From the sequence record SRR22947725_1063: a stretch of DNA of 38,768 bases, one strand, 5' to 3'. The translations under genes were made by a program, and so were the position numbers. Within the stretch, counting starts at the first letter, position 1; every line of letters starts with the position of its first letter. Shown in pieces: positions 28,283-37,433 of this stretch. The notes beneath the pieces were generated by a model. It saw only the letters and a program-made list of their open reading frames with translations, had not been told where the DNA came from and made no database searches.

Positions 28283-31200
28283 ATGAAGATCTATTTATTA
28301 CCTTTCCTTTTTATTCTGTCCAGTCTCTTGATTTGGGCTGAACCCAAAACCAGTAACGCTCCTTTTCTCAAACCCGACGAGGCCATCGCCAAGATGACCA
28401 TTCCCGATGGGTTTGAGGTGAAGGCATTTGTGGCGGAGCCCAATATTGGCGAAGCCATTGCCTTTTGCTTTGATTTCCGAGGCCGGCTCTGGACTTTGGA
28501 GAATTACAATTATCAAACCCGGAAAGCCCACAGTGTGGGCAAGAGAAACCGCATCCAAATTTTTGAGGATGTGGATGGGGATGGTGTGTTTGATAAGAAG
28601 AAGACTTTTACCGAGAACTTGACTTTCAGCTCCGGCCTCGCGGTCGGCATGGGTGGTGTCTATGTTGGCATGCCCCCCGAACTCATTTTTATTCCCGATG
28701 CCGATGGGGACGATAAACCCGACGGTCCCCATGAAGTTCTTCTCGATGGCTGGGGTATTCAGGACCGGCACGAAACTCTCAACAGTTTTATTTGGGGCCC
28801 GGATGGCTGGCTGTATGGCTGTCATGGTGTTTTCACACAGTCGCTGGTTGGTCATCCAGGATCCAAGGATGAAGACCGGCAATTTATCGATGCCGGGATC
28901 TGGCGCTTTCATCCTCAATCCAAGGAATTCGAAATATTTGCCGAGGGATTATCCAATCCCTGGGGTTTTGATTTCAACGATATGGGGCAGGGTTTCGCCA
29001 CTTGTTGTGTGATTCCACATCTCTTCCATGTTGTGCAGGGTGGCGTCTATCATAAACAGAGTAAACAGAATGTTAACCTTTTCGTATACGATAACATAAA
29101 GACTATTCGGGATCATACCCACAAGTCCGCACACGGTGGTGCCCGTTTTTACCTGGCCGATGTTTTTCCCGAAAAATACCGGGATCAACTCTTCATGTGT
29201 AATATTCACGAACATGCGGTATTGATCGACTACATGGTGCCCAAGGGTTCGAGCTTTATTGGAAAGCATGGGGATGATTTTTTACCCACTAATGATTTGG
29301 CCTGGGTCGGGTTCAGTGTGGATACCGGTCCGGATGGTGGGGTCTACATTTTGGATTGGCACGATCAAAATATTTGTGGAAATGAGATTAAATTTGCTAA
29401 TTCCGCAAGGGTTTACCGGATCATGCCCAAGGGGGTTAAGGGTCCTAAGCCTTTCGATCTTGAAAAGCTTAGTGATATTGAACTTGCTGAGATGCAGGCT
29501 CATTCCAACGACTGGTATGTTCGTCAGTCCCGTGCCATTCTTCAACACCGCACAATTTTAGGAAAGCTCAATAAGTCCTCGGTCCATGCTAAACTTCAGT
29601 CCATGCAGTCGAATGCCAAAACCGTTGGTAAACAACTGCGGGCTCTCTGGGCTCTTCATGTGACCGACGGGATCACCCAAGAGAATGCTCTGTCTTTGCT
29701 CGATGATACCGAGCAGTACATTCGGGCCTGGACCATTCAATTGCTTGCTGAAGACAAAAATCTTTCCGGGGTTCTACGGTCAAAATTTGCGGAAATGGCA
29801 AAATCAGAAAAGTCCCCCGTCGTCAGACTTTACCTGGCCAGTGCCCTCCAGCGTATGCCCTACGCTCAGCGCTGGAATATTTTGGAATCCTTATCCAAGT
29901 ACTCGGAAGATAGGGAAGATAACAACATCCCCCGCATGCTCTGGCTGGCTCTGGAGCCTATGGTTGTCGAACACCCTCAAAAAGCATTGCAGTTGGCTGC
30001 CAGTTCCGCACTTCCGCGCTTGCAGGAATTTACCCCTCGTCGATTACTTGGAGGACAGACCGAACATAAATCCAGAAAATCCAAGAAACCAAATTTGGTA
30101 GTCTGGCAAAAATTGATTCAAAAAGCCGCCCCAAAATTTACCATCAATAGCTCGGGAGAGGGGGGAGTCGTTCGTTTCGACAGCTTTAGGAATAAGACCG
30201 CCACCCGGACCCATCCGATCAAGCGGGGGGTTCCAGCTGTTCTCAGTCAGAAGTTCAAGGTGTTCGGCGGGAAGAAAACCGTCCTGCGGGCCACTGTTAG
30301 CCATCATCCACATGGGGACTGGGAATTGCGCGTGAAAGTAAACGGAAAGATTATTTCCAAGGCCGAAGTTTCTTCCAAGACCGTGATCGATGAATGGCTT
30401 ACCCATGAGGTGGACCTGACTCCCTACGCAGGCAAGGAAATCAATGTTCAATTGGAAAACCAGCCCACAAATTGGCAAAGCGAATGGGGGTACTGGCACG
30501 AGGTCAAGGTCAGTACGATGCCTTTTGTGTCCCTCAAGAAAAAGCTTATTGAACCAAAGAAAAAAGTGGTCTTCATTTCCGGAAAACCCAGTCACGGTCG
30601 AATGAAACACGAACACCGGGCGGGTAACATGATTTTGGCCAAGCGGTTGAATGAGTCCGGTTTACCCATCGAAGCCGTTGTCTTGGAAGACATCGGGTAT
30701 CCCAAGGATAAATCCGTTCTCGAGGATGCCTCCACCATCGTGGTCTTTTGTACCGGACACGGGAATCACTTACTCAACCCGAAGCTTAAGGAATTTGATG
30801 CCTTGATGAAAAAAGGAATTGGAGTGATCATGATTCACTGGGCGACCGAAGCGGTTAGCGGAGCTCCCGGTGATAAGTTTATTGAATGGATGGGTGGATT
30901 CTGCGACCTCAACTGGTCGGTCAATCCCCATTGGAAACCAAACTTCAAGCCCCGTACTCATCCAATTTGGAACGGTGTGCAACCCTTCAGTGTGGATGAT
31001 GAATGGTACTATCATATGCGATTTGTAGAAGACCGAACCGGATTCACTCCCATTCTCACCGATGTTCCGCCCATGGAAACCCTGAAGCGACCCGATGGCA
31101 TGCGCAGTGGCAATCCGGCGGTGCGTAAGGCGGTCGCCAGCGGTGAGAGCCAACATGTTGCCTGGGCTTATGAGCGACCTTCGGGTGGTCGGGGTTTTGG

Positions 31201-31384
31201 TTTCACCGGCGGACATAATCATGTCAGCTGGCAGGACGATAATTATCGGAAGGTCATCCTCAATGCGATACTTTGGACCGCTGGAATGGATGTTCCCAAA
31301 AATGGAGTGACTTCATCCGCTCCGGATCATATCGAGATCGAAGCCAACTTGGATCCGGTCATTAAGAAGAAAAAGAAGTCGTGA
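28283..31384 (+). CDS. Secreted PVC-type dehydrogenase-like protein: beta-propeller, HEAT repeats, jelly-roll-like domain and C-terminal ThuA
   Basis: Propeller: IPDGFEVKAFVAEP, FDFRGRLW, DRHETLNSFIWGPDGWLYGCHG, SNPWG, GPDGGVYILDWHD. HEAT: LRALWAL, VVRLYLASALQR. ThuA: HEHRAG, DEWYYHMRF, GRGFGFTGGHNH. No CxxCH motif. Confidence 0.9.
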   Translation: MKIYLLPFLFILSSLLIWAEPKTSNAPFLKPDEAIAKMTIPDGFEVKAFVAEPNIGEAIAFCFDFRGRLWTLENYNYQTRKAHSVGKRNRIQIFEDVDGDGVFDKKKTFTENLTFSSGLAVGMGGVYVGMPPELIFIPDADGDDKPDGPHEVLLDGWGIQDRHETLNSFIWGPDGWLYGCHGVFTQSLVGHPGSKDEDRQFIDAGIWRFHPQSKEFEIFAEGLSNPWGFDFNDMGQGFATCCVIPHLFHVVQGGVYHKQSKQNVNLFVYDNIKTIRDHTHKSAHGGARFYLADVFPEKYRDQLFMCNIHEHAVLIDYMVPKGSSFIGKHGDDFLPTNDLAWVGFSVDTGPDGGVYILDWHDQNICGNEIKFANSARVYRIMPKGVKGPKPFDLEKLSDIELAEMQAHSNDWYVRQSRAILQHRTILGKLNKSSVHAKLQSMQSNAKTVGKQLRALWALHVTDGITQENALSLLDDTEQYIRAWTIQLLAEDKNLSGVLRSKFAEMAKSEKSPVVRLYLASALQRMPYAQRWNILESLSKYSEDREDNNIPRMLWLALEPMVVEHPQKALQLAASSALPRLQEFTPRRLLGGQTEHKSRKSKKPNLVVWQKLIQKAAPKFTINSSGEGGVVRFDSFRNKTATRTHPIKRGVPAVLSQKFKVFGGKKTVLRATVSHHPHGDWELRVKVNGKIISKAEVSSKTVIDEWLTHEVDLTPYAGKEINVQLENQPTNWQSEWGYWHEVKVSTMPFVSLKKKLIEPKKKVVFISGKPSHGRMKHEHRAGNMILAKRLNESGLPIEAVVLEDIGYPKDKSVLEDASTIVVFCTGHGNHLLNPKLKEFDALMKKGIGVIMIHWATEAVSGAPGDKFIEWMGGFCDLNWSVNPHWKPNFKPRTHPIWNGVQPFSVDDEWYYHMRFVEDRTGFTPILTDVPPMETLKRPDGMRSGNPAVRKAVASGESQHVAWAYERPSGGRGFGFTGGHNHVSWQDDNYRKVILNAILWTAGMDVPKNGVTSSAPDHIEIEANLDPVIKKKKKS

Positions 31385-32895
31385 GAGCATTTGCACAATC
31401 CCTGCATTTTTTTCTTTGGGTATGGGTATTATCCGCAGATCAGCGTCCCAATATCCTCTTTTGCATATCTGATGATCAGTCCTATGCACATACTGGAGCG
31501 AACGGTGATCCCGTAGTCAAAACTCCCGCCTTCGACCGGGTGGCGAAGGAAGGGATTCGTTTTACTCATGCCTTTTGTGACGCTCCAACCTGCGGTCCTT
31601 CCCGGAGTGCGATTTTGACCGGGCAACCTATCTGGCGGTTGGAGGAGGCAGGTAATCTTTGGAGTACTTTGCCCAAGAAGTTCATCACTTACCCGGAGGT
31701 TTTGAATAAGGCAGGATATTCGGTCGGCTTCACCGGAAAAGGCTGGAGTCCCGGGCGACTTTCTGCCGGTGGTCGCGAATTCAATCCAGCAGGCAAGGAA
31801 TTTAAGGATAAAAAGCTCAAGCCTTCGTTTAAGGCAATGAGGAACATCGATTATGCCGCCAACTTTGATGATTTTCTTGGGCAAGTAAAAAAGGATCAAC
31901 CCTTTTGCTTTTGGTTGGGTACGAGTGAACCACATCGTGGATACGAGTTGGGAGCGGGTAAGCGTACGGGTAAGGATCCTTCCAAAGTGCTTGTTCCTGG
32001 AATCTTTCCTGACAATTCAATCGTTCGGAATGATATCCTCGATTATTATGTCGAGGTTGAACACTTTGACAAAATGGTCGCTCGAGCGATCCGTTCGCTC
32101 GAAAAGATTGGCCAATTGGAAAATACCATCGTTGTCGTCACAAGTGATCATGGGATGCCTTTTCCACGGGCCAAAGCCAGCCTTTATGACGCCGGTACTC
32201 GTGTTCCACTTGCCATTCGTTGGCCCCAGGGGATTCGAAAATCCGGTCGGGTTTCTCATGCATTGGTAAACTTGAGCGACTTGGCTCCAACTTTTTTGGA
32301 AGCCGCTGGCATATCAGTTCCAAAAATGATGATCGGTAAAGGACTCAAGGATGTTTTAAAAAATAAGCTAAAATTCAAAAGAGAGGCTGCCTTTATTGCC
32401 ATGGAAAGACATGCCGGTTGTCGTGAGGGAGGAAAAGGATATCCATGCCGGGCGATTCGGACGAAAGATTATCTTTATGTTCGGAATTTTGACCCCGATC
32501 GTTGGCCTGCTGGTTCTCCCGAACGAAAGCATTGTGTGCGTCACATTCGCTTCGGCGAAGTGGATCCATCACCGACCAAGACGGTCATGATGGATGATCC
32601 TAAATATATCAAGCTTGCAGACCTTGCCTTTGGGAAACGTCCTGCGGAAGAACTCTACGATTTATCCAGCGATCCACACCAGGTACAAAACCTTGCCGAT
32701 CATCAGGAATTTCAGAAAACCCGAAACCTACTCAGACAAAAACTCGATGATCACTTAAAGAAGAGCGGAGACCCCAGACTCACCGGCAAGCCTGCATTAT
32801 GGGATTATTATCCTTTTTATCGAGCACCCAAGTTTCCCGGTTGGAAAGTGGCTCCGATGCCTGCTGAATTTCAAAAAGCCCATAAAGTAAAATAA
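31381..32895 (+). CDS. Secreted sulfatase, N-sulfoglucosamine sulfohydrolase (sulfamidase)-like
   Basis: Motifs RPNILFCISDDQS, CGPSRSAILTG, EPHR, SDHGMPFPRAKASLYDAGTRVPL, YPCRAIRT and RPAEELYDL; GTGA overlap with the upstream gene. Confidence 0.9.
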   Translation: MRAFAQSLHFFLWVWVLSADQRPNILFCISDDQSYAHTGANGDPVVKTPAFDRVAKEGIRFTHAFCDAPTCGPSRSAILTGQPIWRLEEAGNLWSTLPKKFITYPEVLNKAGYSVGFTGKGWSPGRLSAGGREFNPAGKEFKDKKLKPSFKAMRNIDYAANFDDFLGQVKKDQPFCFWLGTSEPHRGYELGAGKRTGKDPSKVLVPGIFPDNSIVRNDILDYYVEVEHFDKMVARAIRSLEKIGQLENTIVVVTSDHGMPFPRAKASLYDAGTRVPLAIRWPQGIRKSGRVSHALVNLSDLAPTFLEAAGISVPKMMIGKGLKDVLKNKLKFKREAAFIAMERHAGCREGGKGYPCRAIRTKDYLYVRNFDPDRWPAGSPERKHCVRHIRFGEVDPSPTKTVMMDDPKYIKLADLAFGKRPAEELYDLSSDPHQVQNLADHQEFQKTRNLLRQKLDDHLKKSGDPRLTGKPALWDYYPFYRAPKFPGWKVAPMPAEFQKAHKVK

Positions 32896-34727
32896 TGAAA
32901 ATCACTTCCACCCTGTTTCTTTTATCCATTGGATTTACTGTCTTTGGGAAGCCAAATGTTTTAATTATTATGACCGACGATCAGGGCTACCCCGAGATCT
33001 CTGCCCATGGAAATCCAGTCCTCCAAACTCCCAACCTTGATCGTCTACATGGACAGAGTCTGCGCCTGTCCGATTATCATGTCGCCCCCATGTGCACTCC
33101 CACCCGTGGTCAACTTCTTACCGGGTTGGATGCCGCCCGAAACGGTGCGGTCAATGTGAGTAGTGGTCGGGCATTGATAAGACAAGAGGTCCCCATCATG
33201 GCGAATTATTTTGGAGACGCTGGTTATTCAACTGGGGTTTTCGGAAAGTGGCACCTTGGGGCCAACTATCCCTACCGTCCACAGGACCGCGGTTTTCAGG
33301 AAAGTGTGTGGTATCCATCCTCCTCCATCCCTTCGGTTCCTGCCTATTGGGGAAACGATTATTTTGACGATGTCTACATGCACAACGGGAAGGAAAAACA
33401 GTTTAAGGGCTATTGCGCCGACGTCTTCTTTGATGAGGCAAAACGCTTCATGATGGAATCTGCGAAAAAGAATAAACCATTTATGTGCTACCTTGCCACC
33501 AATACTCCCCATGGTCCCTTCATTCCTAAAGAAGAGGACCGAAAGGTGATTGCCGATGTGCTCGCCCAATCCAAGTTTGATTACCTGAACGACGGCTTAA
33601 AGAAGAGGCTCACCCTGTATTTAGGAATGATTCGCAATATCGATTGGAACATGGGCAAACTGATGAAGTTCCTGGATGATGAGAACTTGGCCAAGGATAC
33701 CATTCTGATCTTCAAGACGGACAATGGAAGCCTGCTCGGCCCTCAGTATTTCAATGCCGGCATGCGGGGAAAGAAAACTGAGATCTGGGAGGGCGGGCAC
33801 CGCGTACCCTGTTTTATCCGCTGGCCAAAGGGAAATCTTGGAGAACCCCGCGACATTGATGGTCTTACTCAGGTACAGGACATTCTGCCCACGCTGCTTG
33901 ATCTTTGCCAAATTAAGCCCAAGAAAAAGACCACCTTTGACGGCATAAGCCTAGCGTCCGTATTCAAAGGAAAAAAGCAAGTGTCTGATGATCGAGTCCT
34001 GATCATTAATTACAGCCGCATGCCCGGCTTTTCGAATTACCCGTCCCCGCATTCGCAGACTCAGATGCGGGCCGATCAGGCAGCGGTACTCTGGAAGAGG
34101 TGGCGATTACTGGAGGACCGGGAACTGTACAATCTCGTGACCGATCCCATGCAAACGAAGAATGTCATCGATCAGCATCCGGAGGTGGTGGCGAAAATGC
34201 GCAAGCCCCTCTATGAATGGTGGGAGGGAGTCAAGGACTTGGCCAACGAAGCTCAGAACGCGGCCATTATCGGTACCCAATATGAGAACCCCACCAAACT
34301 TTCCGCCACCGAGTGGCTTGATGTCTTCGTCGACCAACAGGGACAAATCCGAAGGGGCGTACTGAAAAACGGCTATTGGCTAATCGATGTGGCCAGGGCA
34401 GGGCAGTACGAGATCGAACTGAGGCGCTGGCCTAAGGAAGCCGACGGAACAATCAGCGGAACACTCCCCGATGGCAGCGGCACGGCACTACCCATCAACC
34501 AAGCCATGCTCTTTATGAGCGGTCACAATCACTTGAAAATTTCCGAAAAGAAGTCCTACCAGTTCGAGGGACTGACCAAGCGGGTGAATCCAAAAGACAA
34601 AGGCGTAACCTTCACGATGAACCTGAAGAAAGGGCCCACTGCTTTGCACACCTGGTTTAAAGGAAAGAATGAACTTATGTTGAGCGCCTACTATGTCTAT
34701 GTGAACCGTAAAGGAGATGCCAGATGA
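32895..34727 (+). CDS. Secreted arylsulfatase with a C-terminal beta-rich extension (paralog of 8455..10197)
   Basis: Motifs KPNVLIIMTDDQGY, CTPTRGQLLTG, GKWHLG and RGKKTEIWEGGHRVP; TAATG coupling with the upstream gene. Confidence 0.93.
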   Translation: MKITSTLFLLSIGFTVFGKPNVLIIMTDDQGYPEISAHGNPVLQTPNLDRLHGQSLRLSDYHVAPMCTPTRGQLLTGLDAARNGAVNVSSGRALIRQEVPIMANYFGDAGYSTGVFGKWHLGANYPYRPQDRGFQESVWYPSSSIPSVPAYWGNDYFDDVYMHNGKEKQFKGYCADVFFDEAKRFMMESAKKNKPFMCYLATNTPHGPFIPKEEDRKVIADVLAQSKFDYLNDGLKKRLTLYLGMIRNIDWNMGKLMKFLDDENLAKDTILIFKTDNGSLLGPQYFNAGMRGKKTEIWEGGHRVPCFIRWPKGNLGEPRDIDGLTQVQDILPTLLDLCQIKPKKKTTFDGISLASVFKGKKQVSDDRVLIINYSRMPGFSNYPSPHSQTQMRADQAAVLWKRWRLLEDRELYNLVTDPMQTKNVIDQHPEVVAKMRKPLYEWWEGVKDLANEAQNAAIIGTQYENPTKLSATEWLDVFVDQQGQIRRGVLKNGYWLIDVARAGQYEIELRRWPKEADGTISGTLPDGSGTALPINQAMLFMSGHNHLKISEKKSYQFEGLTKRVNPKDKGVTFTMNLKKGPTALHTWFKGKNELMLSAYYVYVNRKGDAR

Positions 34728-36718
34728 ACCGTTTTCTCTTTCCCTTTCTGTTCTTTGGGTTTTGTCAGGCTGAGACTAAGAAGCCCAATATTGTTTTCTT
34801 TCTTGTTGATGATTTGGGCTGGTCCGATGTGGGTTGCTACGGCAGTAAGTTTCATGAAACTCCAGCGATCGACCAGTTGGCCAAAGAAGGCATCCGGTTC
34901 GATAACGCTTATTCAACATGCCATGTATGTTCACCTAGCCGGGCAAGCATTCTAACTGGCAAGTACCCTGCCCGGACAAATTTGACGGAGTGGCTTGGAG
35001 GACGTCCCGAGCGAGACTACGAACCACTGCATCACGGGGAAAAGCTAACCGCTTTGCCGGACAAGGAGGTCACTCTGGCGGAGACACTCAAGAGCCATGG
35101 CTACGCCACTGCGAACTATGGTAAAGCACATCTTCGGGTGGATCCGAAGGCCTATGGTTTCGACGAGGAGATCACCGGGTGGGTACGTTCTTATCACTAT
35201 CCTTTTGGGGGTGCTTACAATGAGAAACTGTCGGCAAAAAAAGGTGACTACTACACCGACAAACTGACTGATGCAGCGTTGGATTTCATTGAGCATAATA
35301 AGGACCGCCCTTTTTTCGTCCACCTCGAGCATTTTGCGGTGCACGATCCGATTCAGGGTCGCCCGGATTTGGTTGAGAAATATCGAAAGAAACTTCCGGC
35401 GATGCAAAAAGAAAATGGACCTGACTTCATTCTTGAATCCAATCCGGACGGTCCTGCATTGACTAGTGAAGAACTTAAAGCGTTAGCGGAAAACGATGAG
35501 CTTCAGGCTCATCAGGATGCCCGCGTCTGGTGGGTTAAGCAAAAGCAGGATAATGTTGAGTTTGCCGGAATGCTGGAGGCTACAGACGAAAGCTTGGGCC
35601 GAATAAGGAAAAAGCTCAAAGATTTGGGATTGGCTGATAATACCATTGTCATTTTCACCGCGGATAATGGAGGTATGTCCGCGTCTAACCAATACCGTGG
35701 GATCAATCACCCAACCGAATCATTAGACAGCCGTTTTGCCTCTTCGAATCTCCCATTGCGGGGAGCAAAAGGCTGGAACTACGAGGGTGGTATACGCGTG
35801 CCACTGGTTGTTTATTGGCCCGGCAAAATTAAACCCAATACCATTTCTGAAGCCTTGGTTACCGGAACGGATTTCTATCCAACTCTGCTCGATATGATAG
35901 GCATGCCCACCTTGCCCAATCAGCATGTCGACGGAGTCAGTTTCCTGCCTGCTCTCCGAGGCAAGGCTCATGACCGGGGTGCTATCTACTGGCACTTTCC
36001 TCATTACAGCAATCACGGCTACCAAAGCCCCGGAGGGGCAATACGGCTGGGGAATTACAAGTTGCTCGAATATTACGAAAATGGGAGCGTGCAGCTTTTT
36101 GATCTGGAAAAAGACATTGGCGAGCAGAACGATCTTTCCAAGGCTAAACCGGATGTCAGGGCGAAGCTCTTGAAGATGCTCCATGAATGGCGTCGTGAAG
36201 TGGATGCCAAAATGCCTTATTCTAAAACCGCAACTTCCAAACCCGCCAAGGGATCGCGGGTTATCAATACCAAGCCTGGAAATAACCCCCAATCAGGATC
36301 GAATTTAGCCGCCGCCGTCGCGTCCTTCGCTCCCGGTTGGAAGGTCCGCGATTGGGGCGGCCCGGCCATGAAGCCCGGCTTGCGTACCCAATGGGATGGA
36401 CGGAAGAAAGTGCTCCTTACCCATCCGCTCAGCAAAACCGCCCCCTGCGTTCTGTCCCGTAAAATCGAGGTGCCTCGTGGTAAGAAAACAATTCTTGAGC
36501 TGGAAGTCACCAATCACCCAAAGGGAAACTGGAGATTGGGAGTTCTAGTCAACGGGAAGGAAGCCCTCAGTGAAGACATTACTGAAACAAAGTGGTGCAA
36601 GTTCCAAATCGACCTGAGCAAACATGCGGGAAAGACAGTCAGTGTGGAACTTTTGAACCAAGCTACGGGTTGGTCTCATGAAGCAGCGTATTGGAGCCGT
36701 ATTAAGCTTGTTCACTGA
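34724..36718 (+). CDS. Secreted sulfatase with a C-terminal jelly-roll-like domain
   Basis: Motifs KPNIVFFLVDDLGWSD, CSPSRASILTGKYP, AVHDP, SNLPLRGAKGWNYEGGIRVP and YWHFPHY; ATGA overlap with the upstream gene. Confidence 0.93.
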   Translation: MNRFLFPFLFFGFCQAETKKPNIVFFLVDDLGWSDVGCYGSKFHETPAIDQLAKEGIRFDNAYSTCHVCSPSRASILTGKYPARTNLTEWLGGRPERDYEPLHHGEKLTALPDKEVTLAETLKSHGYATANYGKAHLRVDPKAYGFDEEITGWVRSYHYPFGGAYNEKLSAKKGDYYTDKLTDAALDFIEHNKDRPFFVHLEHFAVHDPIQGRPDLVEKYRKKLPAMQKENGPDFILESNPDGPALTSEELKALAENDELQAHQDARVWWVKQKQDNVEFAGMLEATDESLGRIRKKLKDLGLADNTIVIFTADNGGMSASNQYRGINHPTESLDSRFASSNLPLRGAKGWNYEGGIRVPLVVYWPGKIKPNTISEALVTGTDFYPTLLDMIGMPTLPNQHVDGVSFLPALRGKAHDRGAIYWHFPHYSNHGYQSPGGAIRLGNYKLLEYYENGSVQLFDLEKDIGEQNDLSKAKPDVRAKLLKMLHEWRREVDAKMPYSKTATSKPAKGSRVINTKPGNNPQSGSNLAAAVASFAPGWKVRDWGGPAMKPGLRTQWDGRKKVLLTHPLSKTAPCVLSRKIEVPRGKKTILELEVTNHPKGNWRLGVLVNGKEALSEDITETKWCKFQIDLSKHAGKTVSVELLNQATGWSHEAAYWSRIKLVH

Positions 36719-36794
36719 TTGTGGGTTAACCCAAAATTCAAGCCTTCTTCAGGTTTATGGTTTGAAGAGAGGTGTAGCTTGAGATCCAAAGTGA

Positions 36795-36834
36795 CTTGAC
36801 ATATCTTGACATGTCAAGCTTGCGGGTTTAATTT
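36795..36834 (+). promoter_or_regulatory. Toxin-antitoxin promoter with an overlapping palindromic operator
   Basis: TTGACA(36806-36811)-N17-TAATTT(36829-36834)-N7-ATG(36842). A perfect palindrome CTTGACATGTCAAG lies at 36805-36818 and an extra CTTGACAT half-site at 36795-36802. Confidence 0.7.
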
Positions 36835-36841
36835 GATTATT

Positions 36842-37054
36842 ATGAGTGCAATTAAAATAAGTTCGAAAGTGGAAGAGTCTGCTTGGAAGAACCTCCGTGA
36901 ACTGGCAAAGGAGTCAAATCAAAGCATTTCTGGTGTTTTGACGGAAGCGATCGAGGATTATCTTCGTCGTCATCGGGTTCGCCCTGAAGTGATGAAACAC
37001 CTCGAGGATTCCATGAATGCTCACGAATCTCTTGGTCAAAAGTTAGCGCAGTAA
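36842..37054 (+). CDS. Putative antitoxin, ribbon-helix-helix type
   Basis: 70 aa: MSAIKISSKVEESAWKNLRELAKESNQSISGVLTEAIEDYL (RHH pattern), with a C-terminal MNAHESLGQKLAQ helix like those of Doc-associated antidotes. Lies 1 nt upstream of doc. Confidence 0.8.
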   Translation: MSAIKISSKVEESAWKNLRELAKESNQSISGVLTEAIEDYLRRHRVRPEVMKHLEDSMNAHESLGQKLAQ

Positions 37055-37055
37055 G

Positions 37056-37433
37056 TTGAAGGTTAAATTTCTCTCCACAGATGAGGTGCTTGCCATTCAG
37101 GAACGATTGATCGATCGATTTGGCGGAACTCATGGGGTAAGAGATCCGGGTATACTTGAGAGTGCTCTTTATCGTCCACAGTCAGGGTATTACCAAGACT
37201 TGGCAGAGATGGGCGCGGCATTATTCGAATCCCTCTTAATGAACCATCCATTTTTGGACGGGAACAAGAGAGTGGCTTTTTTTGGCACCGATGTATTTCT
37301 TCGAATCAACGGATATTTTCTGGATGTAAATGATGACCAGGCCTACAAGTTCCTCATGAATAAATTTGATACCAAGGCATGTGATTACGAAAACTTGCTT
37401 CCATGGATACGGGAATCCATTAAAAAACTGTAG
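37056..37433 (+). CDS. doc: Death-on-curing (Doc/Fic) toxin
   Basis: GG..GVRDPGILESALYRP and the Doc motif HPFLDGNKR, followed by FLRING; 125 aa. Confidence 0.92.
   Translation: MKVKFLSTDEVLAIQERLIDRFGGTHGVRDPGILESALYRPQSGYYQDLAEMGAALFESLLMNHPFLDGNKRVAFFGTDVFLRINGYFLDVNDDQAYKFLMNKFDTKACDYENLLPWIRESIKKL

Noticed and set aside
28298-28918. 206-aa antisense ORF, and similar ones at 30044..30616, 35723..36292, 13590..14126 and 31429..31935
   Set aside because: These are shadow ORFs lying wholly opposite well-supported genes, with no recognisable motifs.
36722-36772. Palindrome TGGGTTAACCCA and a weak TCTTCAG/TTGAAGA hairpin after the last sulfatase
   Set aside because: The first has no loop and neither has a U-tract, so neither can be supported as an intrinsic terminator.
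36806-36841. Longer TTG start for the antitoxin (MTCQACG...)
   Set aside because: That TTG is part of the -35/operator palindrome; ATG 36842 fits both the RHH start and the promoter spacing.
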